Shown: positions 25,064 to 36,141 of the stretch, in pieces
Position numbering within the stretch: the first letter of the stretch is position 1
Layout: every line of letters starts with the position of its first letter
Source: Macrostomum lignano
Lineage: Eukaryota
Length of the DNA: 64,000 nucleotides
Direction: 5' to 3'
NCBI GenBank assembly: GCA_002269645.1
Contig: NIVC01000175.1
Coordinates: 62,001-126,000 of the forward strand
Translations under genes and position numbers: made by a program
Notes under the pieces: model-generated
The model's database searches: none
Told to the model about the DNA's origin: nothing
What the model saw: only the letters and a program-made list of their open reading frames with translations

Positions 25064-26850
25064 TGTCAGTAGGCTAGCTTAGGATTTCCTCTCTATTCTC
25101 TCATCTAAGCTGAGTTCTATACTAACTTATGACATTATTATTAATCATGTTAGATACTCAATGTACTTCCCTTAGGATTCTAATTTTGGGTTGTTTACGC
25201 ACCTTTGAAGGTCAGACTGTCTGGGTCTGAGACGGATTGACCTCCAACAGTCTAGACGTTCGACACTAAGTCTGGGAGGAATGTTTTTAATCTCATTCTG
25301 ACCCCCTGATTTGTGAGTTTTTCACTATTTTTAGTGATTTATGACGGTCTAGCTGTCACTTTTGGCTCCAGTCTGTCTGGGTCAAAGAGGTCTTTCCAGC
25401 TTTCTCCCCACTCGCTCTGTTGCTTTCTCCTTTGATTTATGGGCGTTTTGCAGTCACTTTTGGCGCCAGGATGTCTAGACAAGTGACTTTTATTATGCTT
25501 TGCACATTATTTATGACCGCACCTGTCAACTTCCTTGGGGTCTGAAGGCCACCTGGTGGGGTGGGTTTTGGGGTCTTGAGCTCAGCCAATCAGAGACGAC
25601 CTGACTGCCCCCGGCTCGTCCAATCGGAAAATTCGGCGCCTATTTTCACAAAAGCTCTCAGCCAATCAGAAAATTCGGCGCGTGTTATAACAAATCGGCC
25701 GCATGAGAGCTATAAAAGGCGGCAACTCGACCCGCGCTCGAAAAGAACCCTTCTGGGAGCTCGACTCGGCCCCTAACCGTTTCAGGAGCTCGACTCGGCC
25801 TGATTCTGCCTTCAGGCTCTTCTCCCTGCGGTCCTGCCGACCTGATCCCCCTTCCCCCGGCATTTTCGGCTTCAACAGCTAAGTTCCCCCTGAGAAGCAT
25901 CATCGATATCTCCCGGCAGTGATCTAAGAGCAGCAACGACTATCGGCAAGCGAACAGCACCGGCGGCACTCGTCAGTTAAGATCAGCAGCAGCATCCTAT
26001 CCGAGCGTTTCGGTCTCTGCGGATCCCTTGGCTACCGGCAGTTAGGTCCTCTGATTGGTTTGGTGAGAGGCTTCCTTGACCTGCTCAACTGGGTGCACCC
26101 TTTGTCTGACCCCTTCCTAGTTAGTCTGATAGGATTTGCACTTTTGTTTACTTGCTTTTTGCGTGCCAAACTCGAGGCAGAAGTGTCGTTTAATACTAAA
26201 AGTAGCCATTAGCTCTGACTCAATCTAAGGCGTTTAGGATTGCGGAATAAGTGAGAAAGTTAAATCTGGAAGTTAAAGACTTAATGTTTTCCTTCTTTTT
26301 CGCAATGCCAGGTGAGATGAGTGGCTAGATCTAGAGGCAGAGGTTACAGTGGACCGGAAGCGGCACAGTTCTCAGTCAATCAGTCGATCTCGGAAATCAC
26401 GATAAGCATGCAAATTATGTGCCAGACTGGCACTTTCGTGCAGTCTCAGGCAGCTAAGCGGCTAAACAAAGTTAAATATTAGTCTAACGGTCTCCAAAAG
26501 TAACAATACATCTACATCATCGCTATCTGTCGACGTGTTAACAAATTTAGTGCCAAAAGTGTGCAGTTACTTGTACTTGTACATATACTTCTGGGAATTT
26601 GGTAATGAAGTAGTACATTTAGTAGCGTATAAAGGCTCGCCAGCGCAAGAACCCCCTGCAAAAGTCCTCTCTGTCCCTGCATGGCCAACGCGATCTTAGT
26701 CCCAGCATTGTCCCTTCTATTCGGCTATGACTTCGAGATAGACAGCTAAAAGACACTAGATGGCAGGTAAGTGCAGTGCCCCTCTAGTCGGAAGTCCGAT
26801 TTCGATAGCTCCGGTTTGGTGAGCCGGGGCGCACGGACTGGTGGCAGCGG
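25064..26850 (+). mobile_element. LTR-like remnant with a Pol II promoter; boundaries uncertain
   Basis: Three CCAAT boxes (25586, 25620, 25662) upstream of TATAAAA (25711). TGTCA (25064) ... TTACA (26348) ends but no TSD. PBS-like TGGTGGCAGCGG at 26839-26850. No coding remnant recognised. Confidence 0.4.
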
Positions 26851-28103
26851 GTTAGTTAATCTGTGGATTAGCTAATCTCTACCTTTTAAATTCTCCCTGC
26901 TTGTTTCTTGCTGTCTTCTCTTCGCTATAGGACCTTGCTGCTCGCCCACAATCTAGCTACCACGGGGCTGACCATCTGACAGGAGTGAGAGGCCAGAGCT
27001 TTAAGTGATTCATTTCTGAGTTCTGAGGCCCGAAGCTACAGGCTTAAAAAGGCCGGACCCATCATAAAAAACCCCGGAAATTTCTTTTGGATCATTTGGA
27101 AGTATAAAGTGGAGGTAGCTAACAAGCCTTTTGGTTTCGCTAGTTAAATGAACTAGTAACGACCGAAACTGACCAAAATTTTTCCAGTCTTAAGAAATAT
27201 TCCTAAAAAATTTTCTAGGATAGTTGATTAACGTTTGATTCTAAATTGTTGCGGTAGTGCTGACGAAAATGGAAATAAATGACTAATGGTAACAATATTG
27301 TTCAGTACGTAGCGATTTCAGTCTCGCGCAAGAAAGATGCTACAACCAAAATATTTACCGTACTTTTTGGTAAAGCAAAGTGGCAATGTAGATTACAAGT
27401 GTTAGCAGCATATATGGCGTCGTCACGGTGCCATTGGGTCATGCCGCAGTCACAATTATCGAATTTTGCGTTGTAGAGTCGCTAAAGTCGGCTTCTGAGT
27501 GCCGTAAATTTTATCAGCATATATGACGCAAAGCTCATAAATATGGCGTACATGTTTAGAGTTAAATTATTAGCCGGTACATCTAACTAACGCCAATGAC
27601 TAACAATACAATCTTCAAAGAAGCCGGCCGCCGTGATTAGATCCGGTGTCTTTCGCTCATCCTAAGTACGCTCGTATAGGCAATGCCTAACTTTCAGTCA
27701 TACTATATTTCGTTTATTTAAAAAATATTTGTTCATTTGTATATAACCCTCGTGATTCAGTAGTAACGGATCAAGAGTTCTTACGTGCTTGGTACGTATA
27801 GTTTTATATAGGCATATGGCATATGGTTGGTAGTACCATTGTAAATTGAAACAAAAAGTGATTTAGGTTTTTTAGGGAAAGTTTTTTGATAGAAAAGCCA
27901 TTCCATTAAAAGCGCAAGGAGAAGAGTTATACGTATTAAAATAGTTGTCTAAAAGGAATGTTTTTTTTCAATCTGGTAATAAAAATTCAAAACTATTGTT
28001 TTAAAGCAACTACTTATTTAATGTCAGTTGCAGTACTAAAAAACAGGAATGGAATAGTGAAATATTCAAAAAGTCGTTCATTATTCCAACTAGACAAAAC
28101 TAG

Positions 28104-31084
28104 TTACAGTATGTATCTACCATTTTCAGTCAGCCAGGACCTTACCACAGGCAAATTGATCTTCATCCATCTGATTTTGATGCGCACGCTCTCAAGAGCT
28201 AAATTGAAAGCTCTAGCGACACTGCCCAATGACTCCTTGTGCTGCACTTTCAATTTCTCAATTTCTTTAAACTTTTGTTCAGAGTTAAAAGCAGCTAAAT
28301 TTTGAACAATGTATGGTAACGTGAAAGAACCAACACTTTTGTTCAATATCGTATTCCAGTTGCGCTGCAGGTAGTCCCACATTATTTGAAGACCGTTTGG
28401 ATTCGACGCAACACTAGAAAATACAGTCGATAGGTCCTGTCCTCTGATTTTCGACTCGTCCAGGGCGTAGTCCAGGTACCGGTTGAGAATCCACGGCTCG
28501 CTGGTGCACGCCAGACTTCGGATGATGTCGTTCTGAGTTCCCGGGTGAGCCACGGTCTTGCTGTACTCAAACAGACGGTCCCACACAACAACAACTGAAG
28601 TGGCCACTCCTTCGCACAGGACCCTCCGTCGGATGTCGGGCGTGATAGTCGATGTGAAAGACGAGTTTACAAACTTTTCGAACTTGATTGCTGCAGCGGT
28701 TTTACAGCTTCTAAGACCGTACAAACAGGCCGACGACACGATGAGGCCTCGCTTCAGCTTAGTCAAGTGGGTGTCCGTGTCCTTGTTGTCAAGTCCGACA
28801 TCGTTGAATGCTCCCTCGAGTAGGTTTCGCATGTACGCACTCAGCGGTCCGTACTCGGGAGACTGTCGGTGGAGCATTGAGTGCAGGTAGCCGATCTTTG
28901 ACAGAGCAGACGACCACGGAACATAGTGCGTCTCATTCTTCAAGTACTTGGTCATGTTGAGCGGAATGCTGTAGTCCAGATAGCCGGCACTGGCCAGAGC
29001 GAAGCTGTCATCGAGCAGACGAGCCCTGTCCTGCGGACTGAACACCGTGTGATTCGAAATCAGCTGATCGATGAGTCGCTTCCAGTTGTCCAAGTCGTAG
29101 TTCACTCTGTAGAAGCCGGACGAGCGAAGGTTGAGCAGATACCAGTCGTCAGCCGTGTTGTTGAATTCGAAGGACTGCTCCTTCTCGGCCATCCAGTTCA
29201 CAAAGCCCGACACGTCCTCAGGAGTTCCCGAGGTGAGGTTCTGCTTGGTTCCCATGGTGACAGGAATGATCCACGTGTAGTTGTAGTCGCTCGGGTAGCT
29301 CGGAACTTGACTGGGATCGCTCAGAAAGTGATTCTGTGTCAGTGTGAGACGTCGAGCCGCAGTCGAGACGGAACAGTTGAGCACGGGGTAGCCCATCTGC
29401 TTGATCCAGCGATCCATCACTGCGCCGACGTCGAGAGACTTGTTTGTGGACTCGGAGTACTGCCGGGTCAGACTGTCATAGAGAGCGGTGTGGAATGTGT
29501 TTCCGTAGCTGTTCTGGCGCAAGTAGTTTCCGACACCCTTGCAGAAGATCTCGTCACCAACAAAGTCATGAAGCATGCGGAGAATGGTAGCTGCTTTGTA
29601 GTATGTAATGATGTCAAATATTTCGTTTATTTGATCTGGGTTATAGACTCGTACATAAATTGGATGACTTGCTTCTTTTGAATCGACATCAAAAGCGATC
29701 TGTTGTTTTGAAGCAACGAACTGGGCGTCAATTTCCCAGTCTCGGTGTAATTTTTTCACTCCTAATGCCTCAGCAAAGCTTGCAAATCCTTCATTAAGCC
29801 AAAGATCGTCCCACCATGCAGGAGTGACCAAATTTCCAAACCACATATGGGCCATTTCATGAATCGCAACCATTCCAATAAGCTGATACGCATTAGTGGT
29901 GTCTTTTAATGAATTAAAGACAAGGAGTTCTTCGCGATAGATAATGAGCCCCCAGTTTTCCATTGCGCCAGCGTTGAAATCTGGTACTGCAGCCTGGTCC
30001 GTCTTGTTCAGTGGATACGACACATTAAAATACGACTCAAAGTACTCCGTAATGTTTCTTACTACGTCAAGTGAGTAATCGGTCTGGTTCACGAACTTAG
30101 GTCGAGCCCAGTTTCGATATTCTCTCCCCTGAGAGTCCATGGCTTTGATGTGCTCAAACTGAGACACGATGAACGCCAGAAGGTACGTGGACATGATCGG
30201 GGTGGTCTCGAAGTCCTCCTGCACCAGCTGCTCTGAGTCAGTTATCTCACTGAACCATGTCGAAGCACTCACGTTCGTAGTACGAATGGACGGCATGTTG
30301 CTTATCGAAATGTAGTCTGAACGCCTCACAAGACTTACATCGAACGTGGCCTTGAATGCCGGCTCGTCGAAACATGGAAACGTCTTTCTCGCGTCAGTCG
30401 GTTGCAGCTGTGAGGTGGCCAGGTACTTTGTAGCTCCGTTCTCGATGTACGAGCTCAGATACAAACCTCGAAGATCAGATCGAAGCGGAGCTCTGAACCA
30501 GGCAATCTCGATCACGACGTCGGTGCTGTTCGCTGGGAGCGGCACGCTTAGGTCGATGCTGTACCACTCACGATCTTTGTCGTACATACAGCTGTCGACA
30601 GTGTAGTTTTTGTTTGATGTAGAGTTGTAAACCCGAATGTCCGCAGCCGTTAGCGGGATCTTCGTCGCGTGCAACTTGATGTTGCTGGTTGATTCGTTGA
30701 TGCTGAGCCTCACCTTCATGGAGCCGGTAAAGTAGAACTCCGACGCGTTGTTACCGTAGATGTAGGGCGCCAGAGTGACGGTGTAGTGCAGCGGCTTTAC
30801 TCCGGTCGGCAGTCGGACGTCCGTAACGAGCGGCGGCGCCGTCGTAGGTCCAGCAGTCGACGTCAAAGTCGTCGCAGGTGGCGCCGCGGTCGGAGGAGGT
30901 AAGGGTCGCATTTCGGAGCCGTGAAGTGTACGATGAGGCCCACCGCCACAACGGATGCAGAGAAGACGAGCGCGAGTCCGACAATATTAGTCACGGTGAG
31001 AAAGAGTCCTTTTTTAACCGATTCTGTATTTCCATGAATGCCAACACTGCTGTCTGAGTTTTTATAGTCAGCGTATGCATCCAT
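28104..31084 (-). CDS. M1 aminopeptidase N-like, copy 2, type II membrane protein, intronless; 1-nt frameshift at about 30898
   Basis: MDAYADYK...TM segment (ORF 30863-31246 frame) joins ORF 28104-30911 if one G is restored (GGAGGAGGTAAG here vs GGAGGAGGGTAAG in copy 1). GAMEN, HEMAH-x18-E, ITYYK. Confidence 0.92.
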
Positions 31085-31969
31085 GCTGTATATTTCTGCT
31101 AAATTGGATTTTCGAAACATCATAAAACGAGGAAAATTTTTCTGTTGAGGACTTGTAAGTCGTGTGAAATATTTGCTCGAATCTGATAACCGATTCTTAA
31201 TGGGGCCGCTGCTGAAAGATACGCCGAGCTTGCACTGAATGCACAAAAATTCTGTTGGCTCGTTTTTATAGTCCTCCGTATTGAGGTTCTATTGTGGCTT
31301 AATAATGTTTTAATGTCAACAATATAGTTAGTAAAGTTTGTTTTTTGTGTGCATTTAACTGTTGTATAGAAAACTTTACAAACGGTTAACCGAGATTTTA
31401 TGTTGGAAGAATTTTCCTATTTGTACTCGTACTTAATTTTTTTTCTTTTCTGAAGAATTACGCTATGAAAACTTGTCTAGATATTTGCTTATTATCAAAA
31501 CTTGGTTCTAGACATTGGCCGTTAAGTAAACTCTTCTTATTTTATTTTATAGTCTTCATTGAGTGATGGTAAAATATTTACTTGAATTACCAGTGCTAAC
31601 TCTTTTGTTTGAATCTACTAGTATGGCTGGGAGCGTAAATATCTTTAATACTGTCTGTATAAGCGCTTATTGAGGTCTGCAGAGCCTTCTTCTATTTATT
31701 TAGTTTACCAATCTACTGTTCCATCATATTGCCTGTTCACAGTTGAAAATAGTCCATCCTTTTATTTTTTAAGCAGTCGGACGGACTTTTAGCAAGAAAA
31801 ATTGTATGCACCTTTTCGGAGTCTTGAAAGTCAGCTTTTTCTGACGTACGATGTTTAAAATGCGCGCATATCATGCCAAAAGACGAGAATTGGACACCAA
31901 GCTCAAGCACCCAGATCAGATTTTGTGCGCGGCCACATTAACTCAGAGGTCGTGTAAGAAAATTTTACA

Positions 31970-32081
31970 CCAACCAACCAACCAACCAACCAACCAACCA
32001 ACCAACCAACCAACCAACCAACCAACCAACCAACCAACCAACCAACCAACCAACCAACCAACCAACCAACCAACCAACCAA
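31970..32081. repeat. (CCAA)n microsatellite
   Basis: Perfect CCAA units. Confidence 0.97.
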
Positions 32082-32879
32082 TCTTATTTGAAAGGTTCCC
32101 CGGGAAAATAAGCTTTTAGTGAGTTTGGAATTCTCCGCTAGATCCGAAGACAATATTTATGTATTTTCCAAGACAGTGCATGCCATACGCACATGAACGG
32201 AGATGATGCAAAGACTTGATCAGGCAGGAAAATGTTTCAATAACTTCTTAAAAAATTCACACATTGAAGTTCGATTTTTCACCCTCAATATTGAGCAATG
32301 ATGCTTTCAATTGAGATTCTTTCAAGAAAATTGGAAAAGTTTATATTAGAGCCGGTCATTACTTAAAGATTAATAGTGGGTTTATTTTCTAAATTCGGTT
32401 CCAGAGTTTAAACCGGCACCAAGACCTGCCGAACTGCAGCAAGCAGGTGACTTTGGCGTTCTGATAGATCACCGGAAATTGCAGAGTCTATTATAGGCTT
32501 TCTAAAGACAGATGGGGTGCGGTCGCTCACGATCCAAAAACACTCACCTGCGCCCTCTTTGCCGAGCTTCCGGGCTATAATGCCTTGACGTTTTGGCAAA
32601 ATCGGGCTCGAGTTGAGACATCGCATTCAGACTATCAAGTTCATGCGCGTTTTTTTCTGTTTAATACGCTCGTAGTAGACTAGTCTGAAACTGTCAGATA
32701 CAGCTCACTTAAATCCCATTCAACCAGTACAGATCCCACATCAGCAGACCACACATCGGGGGCATCACAAACCCGAAAAATCACAACTCCAAAAAGCGCT
32801 TTCCATCATAAACCCAATATATCATAAACCCGAAATATCAGAAACCCTAAATATTCTTGGTTGGTTTGTTGGTTGGTTG

Positions 32880-33805
32880 ATTTTTTATCTTGCCGCAGTT
32901 GTTGCAGGACTGCCCCTTCGCTGGGCAGTTGCCGTCGCCGTGACTGCGTCCGCAGCGAGAGCAGGCCTTGGCGGCGGGTCGACTTTGCTGGCCCTTCTTT
33001 GCTGGCTTCGCCGCGCCGCTCCACTTCGCCTTTGGCTTCTGCGCCTGACGGACCGCGTGCACGGGCTCCGTTGTGCCCGTCAGAGCCTGACAGCCCTTTA
33101 ACGCCTTCTCGATGGTGACGGCGATGGCGAGGGCCCTCTCCAGCGCGAGAGTGGCCGCGTCTTCCGTCAGCAGTCGCTCCCGGATGCGAGCGCTGCCGGT
33201 CTTCTCTGCCAGCTGGTCTCTGATGAGCTGGTCCCGGAGATTTCCGTACTCGCAGGGCTCGGCCAGCTCCCGAAGCGCGGCCACACGAAGGACTCCGCGT
33301 CTTCGCCGGGCAGCTGGTGTCGTTGGCAGAATCGGAAGCGAGCCGCCATCACGTTGGGCTTCTCTCCGAAGATCCCTTCCAGCTTTGCCTTCGTCTCCTT
33401 GAAGAAATCTCCTTCAGTGAGTACTTGCCTCGCCTTGGCAATGCGCTGGCCTTCGAATCCGAGCAGGTGGAGCAGCAGATTCCTCTTTATGGGTTCTGCC
33501 ACGGATTGCCCCTCCGGCTCCCGAAACTGGGATGCCGTGTAGAAAAATTCGAAAGCGTCCAGCCATCTTGGCCACGGGACTGCCGGTTGGCCGCTCACGG
33601 GAAGAAAAGGCGCTGTGGTGCTGGAAGGCTGGGTCATCCCATCCTCATCGCCAATGTGTCGTCTCGATAGACTAACACATGAAAACCGCGAGTAATTAGG
33701 CAAGTAGAATTCAGCCAAAAAAAGAGTACGCTCCACTTAGGACAACCCGCGCTTATATTTCACATCCAACCATGAATTAACAGGCGATCGATAAATTTGG
33801 CAACA
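32880..33805 (-). mobile_element. Ty3/Gypsy remnant: 151-bp 5' LTR (33805-33655), PBS, and 3'-truncated gag with a frameshift
   Basis: On the minus strand TGTTG...CACA LTR, then PBS, then gag ATG at 33637: WPRWLDAFEFFY, LLHLLGFEG, ARFRFCQRHQLPGE, LRELAEPCEYG, IRDQL, CX2CX3HX4C knuckle (CSRCGRSHGDGNC). 2-nt insertion at about 33284. No pol or 3' LTR. Confidence 0.85.
33637..33653 (-). promoter_or_regulatory. Primer binding site, tRNA-Ser(GCU)-like
   Basis: TGGCGATGAGGATGGGA begins 1 nt after the LTR end. It matches the recalled tRNA-Ser(GCU) 3' end UCCCAUCCUCGUCGCCA with one G:U pair. Confidence 0.65.
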
Positions 33806-34597
33806 AGAAAAGGTAATAATTGTTTGCATCACATTTACGGTGACGCCTACTTACAGTAGAGTGGTAAGAAAAAAATATCCCTTTTAGTTAGTTAGTAAAA
33901 CGGCCCTTTTAAGGGCTCCTTGCCACGACGCAACAGTGCCCATTGATGTTCGACAAGAGAAAAAAGCAAACCAAATCTGAAACGAAACCTTGTATGCCAG
34001 AAAAAAATGTCGTGCCAGAGGAAGCATGGAATTAAAATAAATTTGCCTGTCAACTTGCTGTAACTAGATCTCATGCTGCACGCGAAGGCGTATTCAGCAT
34101 GCCAGTGAAGTATGAGACAGACTAGGCCCATGGGCTAAGGTCTGCGATGCTTCACGCCTGCCCCTATCTTCAGCAGGTCAAGGCTGGTGGGAGGTCTGCA
34201 CCCTCTATTTGCCTCTGGCAGCCGCAGACCCCCCCCCCCACGCTGTCTCGCAAGTCGACCCAGGGTACTCGTCCCCGCGTGTGTTCAAGGCAGTCCCTAG
34301 GGCTGCTGGACAGACTGGGCTCCGGCGCTGGCGACCCTATCCAGTGGCTTCGGCCGAATTTGGGTATGCGGGTCTGGCTCGCCAACCTGCAGGCCGTGGT
34401 ACTGCTCAACGTACTCTCTAATGCCTAAGGTGTTGACCGTGCCGATGGGCTGGAAGGCCGGGGAGTAGTCCGGTCGCAAGCGGTCCCCCTCCTGGTGTCG
34501 GGCCAGCCTTGAGGGTGCTATTGGCCTACTGCCCGGTCAGGTGGAGCGGCCGGGTGGGTACCGCGCCCCTTTGAGGGTAGCCCACCAACCTTTTATC

Positions 34598-36102
34598 ATG
34601 GCCTTCGAGCCGACTATGGATAAACAAGCTATTTCTAGGGACGGGGACCCTTCTAAACCCCAACCTCAGTCCGAAGGACCGGCCGGCCCTGCTGGCAGAT
34701 CCCAACCGACTGATTCAACTGTGGCAAAGAAGGACCGGCTGGCTCTGCTGGCAGATCCGACCAGAGCTACCAAACTCAAAATACCCTAAGACCTGCCAGC
34801 TCCGCTGGTGGATCTAAGGGAACCGCGAGCTCTGAGCCTAAAGGACCGGCCAAATCTGGCAGATCCGATGAAGCTCAGCGGGCTCGGCTTGAGCGCAAAC
34901 GCGCTAAACAACGCGCCAAAAGGCAGGCCAAGAAGGGAGCTGCGGGGGCCAAAGCGGCGGCGTCCACCATGGATGCTGAAGCGACTGGAGTCCCAAGGCA
35001 ACCAGGCGGGCCGGCCGGTGGAAGCTCCAGTAGTTCAGCGGCGGCGCTCCCTGGAGCTGCTGCCGCGGCTGCTGAGGCCGAAACCACGGCGCAACAAATG
35101 GCCACTGCCAACAAGGAGGTTCCTTCGGGAGCTACCTTTGCGGCGAAGGCCAAGGCCAAAATCCCGGGAGTGATCATCCAAGGTCGCGACCAGGACTGGA
35201 CCACTGATCAGCTTCAAAAAGTGTGGAGTGCTGTTGACTCCTATCTGATTGAGCTGACTGTCGAGGAGGGAATCTCCATCGGCGTTGAGCGGATGGTGCT
35301 GCGAAGCACATTCGTTCTTATTGCTCCTAGCAGCGAGGAGGACGCTCGGCGGCTGCTCCAGCGGCTACCGACGGTCTCCTTGGATGCTGACCTTGGTGGA
35401 GCTCTTTTTCTTCGCGAGGGCCAGCGTCCAAAGACGATACCCTATGTGGTTTTCGTCCCTGCTAAGAGCACCGCAGCTGGACCAGACGTTATTCGCCGGG
35501 TCCTACTGCGTCTGAACCCCGACCTCCCTGCTAGTGGACTGGTGTATCACCGCAAAGTCCGCAGGGGGGAGACGGGCAACTCAATTGTCCTCGGCCTTTC
35601 CAGCACTTGGGCGAGTCGGTACCCTAATGGATCCTCTTTCCAGCTGGGTGCCCTCAAGCTCAAGTTGCGCCGAGGAAAGTCTGCCAAAGGGAAGGCTACT
35701 GCCAACCCCGGCATCTCCGGCAAGAGCGGGGCGCAGTCTAAGGCCCAAGGAAAGGCGCAAGCCGATCCCAAAGCCAAAGCTGCATCTCGCCCCTCTGCTA
35801 GCAGCAGTTCGGCGACCGCGGTAACGGCTCCGGCCGAGCCCCGGGAACCAAACCTGCCAGTCGGAGAAGGAGTTGAGGACGAGGCCGGGTCTTCGGAATC
35901 CGAGCTCTCCTCGGCCACCTTGGTGGGGTCTGAAGGTAAAGATGCAGGTGAGGAAGCTTCCTCCATCCTGTCATCGGAGCCTGAGGACTCTGCTGGGGGG
36001 GCCGGTGGGGGTGAGGAGGCCATGGACGTCGACCAACTCCCATCTCCCAGTCAAGCCCCAGCGGCCTGGGACGAGGACGATCTGTTGTCCAAGTCTCCTT
36101 GA
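34598..36102 (+). CDS. LINE ORF1 (DUF4780-like core); 1-nt frameshift at about 34727
   Basis: The frame of ORF 34969-36102 is open back to 34714. The repeated peptide EGPAGPAGRS / EGPAGSAGRS / KGPAKSGRS continues across the shift from ATG 34598. Core VVFVP...LLRLNPDLP resembles LOA ORF1 (recalled). Confidence 0.75.
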
Positions 36103-36141
36103 TGGCCCTGGGCTCTAGCCAGATATTGCATTTAATACAGT

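Noticed and set aside
34720-34735. Programmed -1 frameshift in LINE ORF1
   Set aside because: No canonical X XXY YYZ heptamer; a 1-nt loss by mutation or sequencing error is simpler.
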